Position numbers and translations under genes: made by a program. 64,000 nt of DNA, from assembly GCA_965227305.1 (NCBI GenBank), contig OZ245740.1:1747371-1811370 (forward strand). The letters are read 5' to 3'. A model generated the notes under the pieces. It worked only from the letters and a program-made list of their open reading frames with translations. It ran no database searches and had not been told where the DNA came from. This document shows positions 9,750 through 18,989 of this stretch, piece by piece; within the stretch, counting starts at the first letter, position 1, and every line of letters begins with the position of its first letter. The DNA comes from Limisphaerales bacterium (GTDB lineage Bacteria > Verrucomicrobiota > Verrucomicrobiia > Limisphaerales > AAA164-E04).

Positions 9750-10817
9750 TCAGCGCTCGTTCTGTTGGAGTTGGGCAAGGTAGATCGCCGTCGTTTGGTT
9801 TCCGTTCTCGTCCGTCTCGTGGCTTGAATACCATGAGATCAGCGCTTTGGTGGGGCTCAAGGCAATGAACCCGGGATAGGAATTGTCGCCAGCAGAAGGG
9901 AGTTCGGCGAACTCGTGGATCTCACCTGCTTGGAACCAACCCAGAAACGTTTTGGGCCCTCGCGATTCGGTGAACTTGCGACCGCCGATCACCAAGCGTT
10001 TTCCCCACCGAATAAAGAGGGGGCCACCGATGTAGCGGTCGAGATCTTTCCGGACCCAATCCGTGTACGGGGGCGCTGCACGTAAGAATTGAGCCGTCCG
10101 GCTGCCTCGTCGGCCGATCGCGAGGATGGTGCCGTCGGGTTCGAAGAGGAAGGCCGTTTCGTCCCCGAATTCGGTCTGGAACAGACTGCGGAACCGCCAG
10201 TTCAATCCATCTTGGCTTTCCAAAAGAGCGGACTGGACGGCACGACCTTCGCCTTTTGGACCAACCGCAAAACCGGTTTTACGGCGACCGCACAGAAAAG
10301 CGCGTCCCTCATACGTGCTCGCTTTCCAGATGTAGTGCCCGAATGTGCCTTCGAGCGGTTTGGGATCCGACCACTGTCGCCCGTCGTGGCTCCAGACGGC
10401 GTAGCCCAGGTGTTGGTTCAAGTCGAATTGCCCGGAGGGATCGGCATACCAGGTCCCGGTGTAGACCAGGAGCCGGTCTTGAAACGCCAGAAAATGAGGA
10501 TCCCGCGGATCGCGCTGTGGAATCGAGAATTGGTGAACGAGATGCCATTCCTGCGTGTCTTCGCTCGATAGAATCAGAACGGAGGCACTGTCATTGACGC
10601 CGTGACCATCCGGACAGCTGCGAAAGGTCAGGTAGTAGCGATCGTGATAACGGATCAGATCCGTGAAGGCGTTGTGTTCCCCATTGTCGAAGACCTGACG
10701 GATCTGAGTGACGGATACGGTTGGGGACTCACCGGCCAAGAGCGAGAAGCAACTCGTGGCTGCGCTCAGGACGAGAGCGATAAAGGGGAGAGAGTAGCTT
10801 CGCATGGTTATATTCAA
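9750..10817 (-). CDS. Secreted BNR/Asp-box beta-propeller protein (sialidase-like glycoside hydrolase candidate)
   Basis: 355-aa ORF with a signal peptide (LPFIALVLSAATSCFSLLA). It has Asp-box-like S-x-D-x-x-x-W motifs (SSEDTQEW, SHDGRQWS, SQDGLNWR). Confidence 0.55.
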   Translation of the reverse strand: MNITMRSYSLPFIALVLSAATSCFSLLAGESPTVSVTQIRQVFDNGEHNAFTDLIRYHDRYYLTFRSCPDGHGVNDSASVLILSSEDTQEWHLVHQFSIPQRDPRDPHFLAFQDRLLVYTGTWYADPSGQFDLNQHLGYAVWSHDGRQWSDPKPLEGTFGHYIWKASTYEGRAFLCGRRKTGFAVGPKGEGRAVQSALLESQDGLNWRFRSLFQTEFGDETAFLFEPDGTILAIGRRGSRTAQFLRAAPPYTDWVRKDLDRYIGGPLFIRWGKRLVIGGRKFTESRGPKTFLGWFQAGEIHEFAELPSAGDNSYPGFIALSPTKALISWYSSHETDENGNQTTAIYLAQLQQNER

Positions 10818-10930
10818 GATAGGTGTGGGCCGTGGGCGTTAGGGTGGATCGGGAGAAGGCTTGCAGAATCCGCTCTGATCGTAAAGCCGAGACGCGAATC
10901 GCGGTCATCGCTCGACTCTCTCATGCGACT

Positions 10931-12526
10931 ATGCATAATCCGCGCATGCCGGATGGCAATCAGACTAAGACTACAATTTCGGAAACGACGGACGTCCCTC
11001 GAATCGAAGATGCCGACTTGGCGGCCCGGTTGACCGAGGCGACCCATCTCCTTGAGGCGGTCGTCGCGAATCGAGCGCTGCTCTTGGCGCTGCCGCACGA
11101 GTATCGCACGCGCATTCAGCAAGCCGCTGGTGATCTCTACTGCCCGGATGTCGCCCAGCGACGGCTCCTGAACAAAGCCACGCATAAGAAGCGTAAGCGC
11201 GAGAAAGTCGCTCGCGACCAAAAACGGCTCAACCAAAGCGGGATTCGATCGCTCCGGCGCAAACCTGTCTTCACCACGCCCAATGTGTATCCGCCCAAAG
11301 GGGTGATTGAGAGTGAGGTTAGCGAAGAACCGAAAACCGTTTCAGTTGAGGATCCGCAGAATTGTTACATCTGTAAGCAGGATTACGCGGAGGTGCACTC
11401 ATTCTATGACCAACTTTGCCCGACCTGTGCGGAACTGAACTTCCGGAAAAGGAGCGAGACAGCCGATCTGCGTGGGCGAGTCGCATTGCTCACGGGCGGG
11501 CGAGTCAAGATTGGTTACCAAGCTGGGATTAAGCTTCTTCGGGCAGGATCGCGTTTGTTGGTAACGACGCGTTTCCCGCGTGATGCCGCGGTTCGATTCA
11601 GCGAAGAAAGCGACTTCGAAGATTGGAAGGATCGCTTGCAAATCTTCGGGTTGGATCTCCGGCATACCCCAAGCGTGGAAGCCTTTGCCGAACACTTGAT
11701 AAAGAACGAATCGCGGCTCGACTTCATCGTTAACAACGCGTGTCAGACCGTGCGGCGGCCTCCCGAGTTCTACAGCCACATGATGGAGCGTGAACTTGGG
11801 CCGCTCGCGGAATTGCCGGAAGCGGCGAGCCCGCTGTTGCAGGAATATGAGGCCTTACGGGGATTGAGTTCCGGGTCTGCCGAAACGCAGAGTTTAAGCC
11901 AAGTATCCGGGCTTTCCGGGATTACTCAAGCGGCGGGGCTCTCTCAAGCGCCGCTCGTGGCGGAGGACTATGACGTCTCCGAAGCGCTGTTTCCTACCGG
12001 ACGTCTGGATCAGGACATGCAGCAAGTGGACCTTCGTGGGCGCAATTCGTGGCGCTTGTTGTTGGATGAAGTGTCATCAGTGGAGTTGTTGGAAGTGAAT
12101 CTGGTTAATGCCGTTGCCCCGTTTGTGCTAAATGCGCGTTTGAAGCCCTTGATGATGCGCGGGGACGAAAGGGATCGGCACATCGTGAACGTGTCGGCTG
12201 TGGAAGGGCAATTCTATCGGAAATTCAAGACGACACGACACCCACATACCAATATGGCCAAAGCCGCACTCAATATGATGACGCGAACCGCGGCGGCCGA
12301 TTATCACGGGGACGGGATTCATATGAACAGCGTGGATACCGGATGGGTCACGGATGAGGATCCGGCGGAGATCGCCGAGCGGAAAACCGATCAACATCGC
12401 TTTCACCCGCCGCTGGACATTGTGGATGGTGCGGCTCGGATCGTGGATCCGATCATCGATGGCTTTAACACCGGGACCCACATCTGGGGGAAGTTTTTAA
12501 AAGATTATCGGCCGACCGACTGGTAG
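10931..12526 (+). CDS. SDR-family oxidoreductase with a long basic N-terminal extension and a CxxC...CxxC motif
   Basis: The ORF track starts at 10823, which would abut the divergent gene. The first ATG is at 10931. Rossmann region [15 protein letters not shown]; NVSAVEG ... [15 protein letters not shown] (catalytic-region analogue); CYICKQ...CPTCAEL at 11363-11428. Confidence 0.7.
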   Translation: MHNPRMPDGNQTKTTISETTDVPRIEDADLAARLTEATHLLEAVVANRALLLALPHEYRTRIQQAAGDLYCPDVAQRRLLNKATHKKRKREKVARDQKRLNQSGIRSLRRKPVFTTPNVYPPKGVIESEVSEEPKTVSVEDPQNCYICKQDYAEVHSFYDQLCPTCAELNFRKRSETADLRGRVALLTGGRVKIGYQAGIKLLRAGSRLLVTTRFPRDAAVRFSEESDFEDWKDRLQIFGLDLRHTPSVEAFAEHLIKNESRLDFIVNNACQTVRRPPEFYSHMMERELGPLAELPEAASPLLQEYEALRGLSSGSAETQSLSQVSGLSGITQAAGLSQAPLVAEDYDVSEALFPTGRLDQDMQQVDLRGRNSWRLLLDEVSSVELLEVNLVNAVAPFVLNARLKPLMMRGDERDRHIVNVSAVEGQFYRKFKTTRHPHTNMAKAALNMMTRTAAADYHGDGIHMNSVDTGWVTDEDPAEIAERKTDQHRFHPPLDIVDGAARIVDPIIDGFNTGTHIWGKFLKDYRPTDW

Positions 12527-12553
12527 ACGAATCGACGATTCTGAAAGTAGGCT

Positions 12554-12970
12554 ATGAGCAAAAAGAAACGGATTCCGACGGGTGGAGGAGCCCCCTTGAC
12601 GCACAATCCTTTTGGTGGGTTGGACTCACTGGAATTACCGGAGGGACCCGCAGGGGAACCGGCACCCGGCGCGCCGCCGCGCCCTGAACCGAAGAAACCC
12701 AAGAATCGGGGTCGGGTCGACATCATTCGGCAGACCGCGCACCGTGGGGGGAAGACGGTTACGGTGGTAACTAATTTTGTCGGGATTGCGCAGAGTGAGA
12801 AAGAGACCTTGGCCAAGAAAATGCAGAAGCGTTGTGGCACGGGGGGGACGGTGAAAGACGGGAATATCGAGATCCAAGGGGAGCAGCGCGAGAATGTCGC
12901 TGAGATTCTGCGGGAAGCCGGTTTTCGGCCGGTGTTTGCGGGGGGGGAGGGCGAATCTACTCGGGAGTAG
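12554..12970 (+). CDS. SUI1/eIF1-family translation initiation factor homologue (YciH-like)
   Basis: 138-aa ORF. C-terminal GRVDIIRQTAHRGGKTVTVVTNF...LAKKMQKRCGTGGTVKDGNIEIQGEQRE matches the SUI1 fold pattern. Confidence 0.85.
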   Translation: MSKKKRIPTGGGAPLTHNPFGGLDSLELPEGPAGEPAPGAPPRPEPKKPKNRGRVDIIRQTAHRGGKTVTVVTNFVGIAQSEKETLAKKMQKRCGTGGTVKDGNIEIQGEQRENVAEILREAGFRPVFAGGEGESTRE

Positions 12971-13025
12971 TTCCTGGCTGGCAGGTGCTTCGGGGCTGTG
13001 GTTTTTTGGGGCGTCTTTCTTGCCC

Positions 13026-13053
13026 AACGGCTCGCGGGTACGCTCGCCCTACC
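13026..13053 (-). repeat. REP-like intergenic repeat unit
   Basis: It is identical to 135-162. It lies between the SUI1 gene and the true start of the PSCyt/DUF1553 gene. Confidence 0.8.
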
Positions 13054-13100
13054 GGGTGGCTTGCCACGTTGCGGTTGGGGAGTTACGCTCTTCTCATCCT

Positions 13101-15557
13101 ATGAACCGGCTCTGTGCTATCGCTATCGCTTGTTTCTTGAGCGTGTTATGGCCTGGTGGGGTTGCTTTTGGGGCTGACTTCGCGACTGCGGTTGCGCCGC
13201 TGTTTAAAGAGCACTGTTTGGCGTGTCACAATGATTCCAAACGCCGTGGGGATCTGAGTCTTGAGGATCGAGAGGGGTTTCGGCTTGGGTTGCGTTTGCA
13301 TCCGAAACTCGTTGTTCCTGGGCAACCCAATGAGAGCCTGCTTATCCATGTGGTCACGGCGACGGATCCCTCTGAGCGCATGCCGTTGGACGAACCACCA
13401 CTCTCGCCGCTGGCCGTGGCAACGCTCCGAGAATGGATCGCGGAAGGCGCTGAATGGCCAGACGATGGCAGTCGGGAAGAGCTTCATTGGGCGTATCGGC
13501 CTCCCAGAAAAGCGGGCTTGCCGGAAGTTCGGAATCCGGATTGGTGTCAGACGCCGGTGGACGCGTTCGTTTTAGCGCGTCTGGAAGCTGCGGGACTCGA
13601 ACCCCGACCCGCGGCGGGGCGATCCGCGTTGCTCCGGCGCGTTTACTTCGATCTGATCGGACTGCCGCCGACGGTGGCAGAGGTGGATGCGTTTCTGGCG
13701 GATCAGTCACCGGGGGCGTTTCGTCGCGTGGTGGACGGATTGCTGAGTTCGGTTCATTTCGGGGAAAAGTGGGCGCGTCATTGGTTGGATCTCGCGCGGT
13801 ATGCGGATTCCGAGGGCTATCAACGGGATGAGTTGCGGAGTATTTGGGCCTATCGAGATTGGGTGATAGGGGCCTTCAATCGTGATTTGAGTTTCGATCA
13901 GTTCAGCATCGAACAATTGGCCGGCGACTTGTTGCCCAATAGCACGGCGGAACAACGGGTCGCCACGGGATTTCACCGCAACACTCCGTTAAACTTGGAG
14001 GCCGGCACGGATCCGGAGGCGGACTATCACAAGCAGGTTGTCGATCGCGTGGCCACGACGGGCACGGTTTGGTTGGGGACAACCCTGGCTTGTGCTCAAT
14101 GTCACGATCATAAGTACGATCCGTTTTCCCAAAAGGAGTATTATCAGTTCCTGGCCTTCCTCAATCAGGCCCCCGTTGAGACGCGGCAGAAGGGAGACAA
14201 AATGGGGAGCGCGGGGATGGTTTACATCGGTCCAGATTTGGTGGTGCCCGAGCGGCCGGAAGATTCGCGGCGACGCGAAACCTTGGAGCGCGAGTCGCGC
14301 GAGGCGGAAAATTACTTACGTGCCTACGTGGATCCGCACTGGGAAGCGGCGTTGGGGAATCAGCAAAAACTACAAGACCCGAAGATCCAAAAGCAGTTTG
14401 AGGTTCCTCCGGCCAAACGTAAACTAGCGGACTACCGAGCGGTTGGGAGTGCGCTGATAGGCAGCGATCCCGAGTTTCAGCGCTTGGTGGCACGTCTCGA
14501 TCTGCTCAGCAGTCTCCAGGTAGAGTATCAGCCGGCTCGTACCCGCGTCATGACGAATCGTTCTGAAGCGCGGGTGACCCACGTGATGAAACGGGGTGAT
14601 TTCACGAACCCGGGAATTGTGGTTCAACCCGCGACGCCCGAAGTGTTTCCGACGGCAACGACCGAGCGCCCGCCCAACCGCTTGGGGCTCGCCCAGTGGC
14701 TGGTGAGTCGTGAGAATCCCCTGGTTGCTCGTGTTGCTGTGAACCGTCTGTGGGCGGAAGTTTTTGGGCGCGGGATTGTCACCACTCCGGACGATTTTGG
14801 GCGACAGGGGGCGTTGCCTTCTCATCCCCAGCTACTGGACTGGCTGGCGGAGACTTTTGTCACTGAGGATCGGTGGTCGCAGAAGGCCTTTATTCGACGC
14901 TTGGTGTTGTCTTCGGTTTATCAGCAGGCAGCGATAGAAGAGGCGCGTGCGCGGGAACTCGATCCGAGCAACCAATGGTTGTGGCGGCATCCCGGGCATC
15001 GGCTTTCGGCGGAGTTGATTCGCGACACGCAACTGCACTTTAGTGGGTTACTCTCGCGTGCGGTTGGTGGGCCGCCGGCGTACCCCTGGCAACCGAAAGG
15101 CGTCTGGCGGGCTTCTGCCGGGGCGGGGCCGATGAGCTATGATGCCGCTCAAGGCGAGGCGGGCTATCGACGAGGGGTGTATACGGTTTGGCGTCGGAGC
15201 GCTCACTACCCGAGTTTTGCGAACTTTGACGCTCCGGATCGTTCGATTTGTACGGTTGAACGCAGTCGGAGCAATACGCCCCTACAAGCCCTGACCCTAC
15301 TCAACGATGCCGTATATGTTGAAGCGGCCCGAGCCTTTGCTCTTCGAATTCACGAATTGGGAGCGACGGCCTCTACTCAAGAGAAGCTGGCGTGGGCGTT
15401 CCGAGTGGTGCTCTCTCGTCGGCCGCAGGAGTCGGAGATCGCCGTTCTGCATAATGTCTACGAGACTGAACTTGGGGAAACTCAAGACCTCAACGCGGCT
15501 TGGTTCAACGTGGCTAGTGTGTTGCTCAATTTGCACGAAGCCATCTCACGAAGTTAG
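13101..15557 (+). CDS. Planctomycete cytochrome-c (PSCyt) / DUF1549 / DUF1553 (PSD1) protein
   Basis: The ORF track starts at 12894, but that extension reads through a REP repeat and overlaps the SUI1 gene. The ATG at 13101 gives a signal peptide (MNRLCAIAIACFLSVLWPGGVAFG). Motifs: FKEHCLACHN (CxxCH), VDAFVLARL (DUF1549), CAQCHDHKYDP, C-terminal DUF1553-like region. Confidence 0.85.
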   Translation: MNRLCAIAIACFLSVLWPGGVAFGADFATAVAPLFKEHCLACHNDSKRRGDLSLEDREGFRLGLRLHPKLVVPGQPNESLLIHVVTATDPSERMPLDEPPLSPLAVATLREWIAEGAEWPDDGSREELHWAYRPPRKAGLPEVRNPDWCQTPVDAFVLARLEAAGLEPRPAAGRSALLRRVYFDLIGLPPTVAEVDAFLADQSPGAFRRVVDGLLSSVHFGEKWARHWLDLARYADSEGYQRDELRSIWAYRDWVIGAFNRDLSFDQFSIEQLAGDLLPNSTAEQRVATGFHRNTPLNLEAGTDPEADYHKQVVDRVATTGTVWLGTTLACAQCHDHKYDPFSQKEYYQFLAFLNQAPVETRQKGDKMGSAGMVYIGPDLVVPERPEDSRRRETLERESREAENYLRAYVDPHWEAALGNQQKLQDPKIQKQFEVPPAKRKLADYRAVGSALIGSDPEFQRLVARLDLLSSLQVEYQPARTRVMTNRSEARVTHVMKRGDFTNPGIVVQPATPEVFPTATTERPPNRLGLAQWLVSRENPLVARVAVNRLWAEVFGRGIVTTPDDFGRQGALPSHPQLLDWLAETFVTEDRWSQKAFIRRLVLSSVYQQAAIEEARARELDPSNQWLWRHPGHRLSAELIRDTQLHFSGLLSRAVGGPPAYPWQPKGVWRASAGAGPMSYDAAQGEAGYRRGVYTVWRRSAHYPSFANFDAPDRSICTVERSRSNTPLQALTLLNDAVYVEAARAFALRIHELGATASTQEKLAWAFRVVLSRRPQESEIAVLHNVYETELGETQDLNAAWFNVASVLLNLHEAISRS

Positions 15558-15569
15558 GAACACTGGCTT

Positions 15570-16976
15570 ATGACCCCGATGATCGAAACTCCCAGCTTGG
15601 CCCGACGAGCCTTTCTAACGAATAGTGTTCTGGGGCTCGGTGGTCTGGCTCTGAGCCAGCTTCTCGGTGGCGTTGGTTTGAGCGGCTCGAGTGCAGGGCG
15701 CTTTGCGGTTGCGCGTCCTCCCAGGGTGAAATCGGTCATCTTACTTCATATGGTAGGGGCGCCATCCCAGTTGGACCTTTTTGAACCAAAGCCGGGCTTG
15801 CAGCGCTACGATCGAAAACTGGCTCCGAATGAGTTCATTGAAGGGAAACGCTTCGCGTTTCTTCGGGGGCATCCCAAGCTCTTAGGTTCACCCTACGAGT
15901 TTCGTCGATACGGCCAAAGCGGGGCGCCATTCTCAGAGTTGCTTCCGCGAATGGGAGCCGTGGCGGACGACCTGTGTTTCATCCGGAGTATGCAGACCCG
16001 TGAATTCAATCACGGTCCCGCACAGATGCTGCTGCATACCGGAGTCAATCGACGCGGGAATCCGAGCTTGGGTTCTTGGGTGGACTATGGTCTGGGATCG
16101 GCGGATGAGAATCTGCCGGGGTATGTGGTGTTCCTTTCCGGAGTCCTCCCCGGGGGTGGCAGTGCGTTATGGGGAAACGGTTTCTTGCCCAGCGTGCATC
16201 AAGGCATTGAGTTTCGAAGTGAGGGGGAACCGGTGCTGTTCCTCAACAATCCTTCTGATGTGGATGCCGGCCGACGGCGTCGTATCTTGGATGGGATTCG
16301 GGCGTTGAATGAAGATCGGTTTGCAGCGGTTGGGGATAGTGAGATCCAAACACGGATCCAGCAATATGAACTCGCTTTTCGGATGCAGACATCGGTTCCG
16401 GATCTGATGGATTTGCAACAGGAATCCGATTCGATCCGGGCGCTCTACGGCGAGACCGAATTTGCCCGACACTGCCTGTTTGCTCGGAGGTTGGTGGAAC
16501 GCGGCACGCGGTTTGTGGAACTCTACCATGCCGGATGGGACACTCACGGGAATCAAGACAAGAAACTCCGCCAACAATGCCGCACCGTCGATCAGCCCGT
16601 GGCGGCTCTGATCACGGATTTGAAACAACGCGGTTTGTTGGACGAGACACTGGTGCTGTGGGTGAGTGAGTTTGGGCGGACTCCGATGCTGCAGGGGGAC
16701 GAGTCTCCGAGTAAGTGTGGCCGGGACCACCACAAAGAGGCTTTCACGATCTGGCTCGCAGGCGGCGGTATGCGGGGCGGGATGAGTTTGGGTTCCAGTG
16801 ATGAATTGGGTTACTGGGCGGCGGAGAAGCCGACCGAGTTTCGAGATGTGCATGCCACTCTGCTCCATTTGCTCGGAGTAGATCATCGGAAAGCCACCTA
16901 CCGATATCAGGGGCTGGATCAGCGTCTGACGGGTGTGGAGGATGACGCTGAAGTGCTCCATTCCATTCTGACCTAG
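15570..16976 (+). CDS. DUF1501 (sulfatase-like) protein with twin-arginine-type leader
   Basis: 468-aa ORF that starts 12 nt after the DUF1553 gene. SLARRAFLTNS leader, GRDHH, and RDVHATLLHLLGVDH near the C-terminus are typical of DUF1501 partners of DUF1553 proteins. Confidence 0.85.
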   Translation: MTPMIETPSLARRAFLTNSVLGLGGLALSQLLGGVGLSGSSAGRFAVARPPRVKSVILLHMVGAPSQLDLFEPKPGLQRYDRKLAPNEFIEGKRFAFLRGHPKLLGSPYEFRRYGQSGAPFSELLPRMGAVADDLCFIRSMQTREFNHGPAQMLLHTGVNRRGNPSLGSWVDYGLGSADENLPGYVVFLSGVLPGGGSALWGNGFLPSVHQGIEFRSEGEPVLFLNNPSDVDAGRRRRILDGIRALNEDRFAAVGDSEIQTRIQQYELAFRMQTSVPDLMDLQQESDSIRALYGETEFARHCLFARRLVERGTRFVELYHAGWDTHGNQDKKLRQQCRTVDQPVAALITDLKQRGLLDETLVLWVSEFGRTPMLQGDESPSKCGRDHHKEAFTIWLAGGGMRGGMSLGSSDELGYWAAEKPTEFRDVHATLLHLLGVDHRKATYRYQGLDQRLTGVEDDAEVLHSILT

Positions 16977-17037
16977 ACTGACCTAGGGGGGCGGCAGCGC
17001 CACGCTTGGCGGAGTTGGCAGTCGGTCTAATTGAGAG

Positions 17038-17721
17038 TTGTCAGTGACGTCCGTTTTGCGTTGTAGTTCACGGGTGGAAGCATTCCTAGAAGCCAGTCCC
17101 TGGATCGATTTTCTAGAGCCGGGGGTTCAACGCGTTGCCGAGGTACTCCGGCAGGAGCACCCCAACGTTCTCGAATTGGCGGGGGCCTGCTTTCATTACG
17201 TTCGGGATGAGATCTCGCATTGCTGCGATGCAGGGAACGAGACCATGACCTGCCGTGCGTCGGAGGTACTCCAGCATCGAACCGGCTTCTGCTACGCCAA
17301 AAGTCACCTCTTAGCAGCGCTGTTACGCGCCAACGGAATACCGACCGCTCTGTGCTATCAGCGGCTGCGATACGACGAAGACGGAACGGCCTATTGTCTG
17401 CATGGGCTCAACGCGATTCACCTACCGAAGTATGGTTGGTATCGGGTGGATCCCCGAGGCGACAAGGAGGGAGTTGCTACCGCCTTTTCTCCTCCCGAAG
17501 AGCAGTTGGCCTTTCCTGTGAATGGTGATGACGAATTCGACATCCCCGAGCTGTGGGCGTCCCCGCGTCCCGAGGTGGTCGCGGTCTTGGAAACGATCCC
17601 GACGGTTTCGGAGACCGTGACTTGCCTGCCCGATGAAACGCGGCCCCGATCATCGATTCGGGGTGGGGCGTCGGCGAACGACTATCGGCTCCGAGTGACT
17701 CAGGGCGGAGTGTGTGATTGA
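17038..17721 (+). CDS. Transglutaminase-like cysteine protease-fold protein
   Basis: 227-aa ORF with a TTG start. GFCYAKSHLLAALLRANGIP (Cys nucleophile context), HGLNAIHL (His) and YRVDPRGD (Asp) are arranged like the transglutaminase core. Confidence 0.65.
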   Translation: MSVTSVLRCSSRVEAFLEASPWIDFLEPGVQRVAEVLRQEHPNVLELAGACFHYVRDEISHCCDAGNETMTCRASEVLQHRTGFCYAKSHLLAALLRANGIPTALCYQRLRYDEDGTAYCLHGLNAIHLPKYGWYRVDPRGDKEGVATAFSPPEEQLAFPVNGDDEFDIPELWASPRPEVVAVLETIPTVSETVTCLPDETRPRSSIRGGASANDYRLRVTQGGVCD

Positions 17722-17774
17722 AAAGGAGGGCTATCCTTGTGCGCCGGAATCCGTTCTGGGGTGGCGTCTACTCT

Positions 17775-17808
17775 CGTGCCGACGGCTCGCGGGTACGCTC
17801 GCCCCACC
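17775..17808 (-). repeat. REP-like intergenic repeat unit
   Basis: cgtgccgacggctcgcgggtacgctcgccccacc is the exact reverse complement (34/34) of 35736-35769. Confidence 0.8.
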
Positions 17809-17863
17809 ATCCGGAATCGGACTCAGAATGGTGTTCTCTTCTTCGAGCACTCTTCCTAGTGGA

Positions 17864-18021
17864 GGGTGTGATTCAAAGTGCGGGAAGAATGAAAAATTAG
17901 CTCTCTCATATGGAGTGCGGGAGCAGAGCTGGCGCTTTCCTTGTCAGCGACCTGTTCTTCCAGCCTCTCCAAAGGGAAGCCTACCGCTTCGATCCGATGC
18001 CCCGCACTTTTAATCACACCC
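17864..18021. repeat. Inverted-repeat-bounded element (21-bp termini, 116-nt interior) related to the hairpin module
   Basis: Left terminus gggtgtgattcaaagtgcggg (17864-17884) matches the reverse complement of the right terminus cccgcacttttaatcacaccc (18001-18021) at 20/21. The interior segment catatggagtgcgggagcagagctggcgctttcc (17908-17940) resembles one arm of the hairpin module. Confidence 0.6.
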
Positions 18022-18087
18022 CCCCCGGCGGAACGTCGGCCTGATTTGGCTTTGCTCTCATGGGGGGCTTGTTAGGCTCTATGGGCA

Positions 18088-18858
18088 ATGAATAGCGAAC
18101 GTAAGGGCGGGGCTGGCATTTCGGTTCGGATCTGGAGTTGCCTCATGGGAGTGTGGGCCTTGGGATCAGTGCAGGCGGCGGATCAACCCATGCATGGCTT
18201 GATGATTGCGGGCGGGTGTTGCCATGACTATCCGAATCAGAATGTTATTCTATCGGAGGGGATTTCGGAACGCGTGCCGATTCGGTGGACCCTGATCAAT
18301 CAAGGCGGGACGGCGCGCGACGTCAAGATCCCGTTCTACTCGGACCCCAACTGGGCTAAGGGATTCGACGTAGTTGTTCACAATGAGTGTTTTGGTGGTG
18401 TGGACGATGTAGACTGGTTGGAGGCCATCGTGGCGGTCCATCACGATGAAGGCGTGCCGGCGCTTTTCATCCACTGTTCTTTGCATAGCTATCGTCAGGC
18501 GAAGACGGATGCTTGGCGACACCTGATGGGGGCGCGTTCGATGAATCACGAGCGCCACCGTCCCTTGGAAGTGGTGAACTTGGTTCCAGAGCATCCGATC
18601 ATGCGCGAGTTTCCCAAAGTTTGGCAAACCCCGGCGGGTGAACTCTACAAGATCATGGAGATGTTTCCGACTGCGACGCCCTTGGCTAAGGCCTTCGGGG
18701 TGGACACCCAAATGGATCATGTGTGTGTCTGGATTAACCAAAATGGTAAAGCGCGCGTTTTTACGACCACGTTGGGGCACCACAACGAAACGATGCGGGA
18801 AAAGACGTATCTGGATCTTGTCAGTCGCGGCCTGCAGTGGGCCACCGGCAAGCTGTAA
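18088..18858 (+). CDS. ThuA-domain (trehalose-utilisation-like) secreted protein
   Basis: 256-aa ORF with a signal peptide. GGCCHDYP, HNECF, FIHCSLHSY and TTLGHHNETM motifs resemble the ThuA family. Confidence 0.7.
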   Translation: MNSERKGGAGISVRIWSCLMGVWALGSVQAADQPMHGLMIAGGCCHDYPNQNVILSEGISERVPIRWTLINQGGTARDVKIPFYSDPNWAKGFDVVVHNECFGGVDDVDWLEAIVAVHHDEGVPALFIHCSLHSYRQAKTDAWRHLMGARSMNHERHRPLEVVNLVPEHPIMREFPKVWQTPAGELYKIMEMFPTATPLAKAFGVDTQMDHVCVWINQNGKARVFTTTLGHHNETMREKTYLDLVSRGLQWATGKL

Positions 18859-18882
18859 CGCTGACCCGGGGAAGGCCTACTT

Positions 18883-18914
18883 GGAGTGCGAGAGCGAAGC
18901 GTTCGCATTGTCCC
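18883..18914. repeat. Solo half-arm of the hairpin module
   Basis: ggagtgcgagagcgaagcgttcgcattgtccc matches the right arm (ggagtgcgagagcgaagctgtcgctttccc) with a few substitutions. I found no partner arm nearby. Confidence 0.5.
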
Positions 18915-18989
18915 CCCTCGGATATCCGCAAGTACGCGGGTAGGTATTGAGATTGATCGGGTCCCGGTAAATTCATAGGCTCCTTTGGT

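Noticed and set aside
12527-12553. Short palindrome gaatcgacgattc after the SDR gene, considered as a possible terminator
   Set aside because: The stem would enclose a 1-nt loop, which is sterically implausible, and there is no T-tract. The SUI1 gene starts 27 nt downstream, so read-through is more likely.
12894-13100. 5' extension of the 887-aa track ORF (MSLRFCGKPVFGRCLRGG...PNGSRVRSPYR...)
   Set aside because: The extension overlaps the 3' end of the SUI1 gene and reads straight through a REP repeat (13026-13053). The ATG at 13101 gives a proper signal peptide, so the extension is an open-frame artefact.
16167-16961. 264-aa minus-strand ORF
   Set aside because: It is an antisense shadow of the DUF1501 gene.
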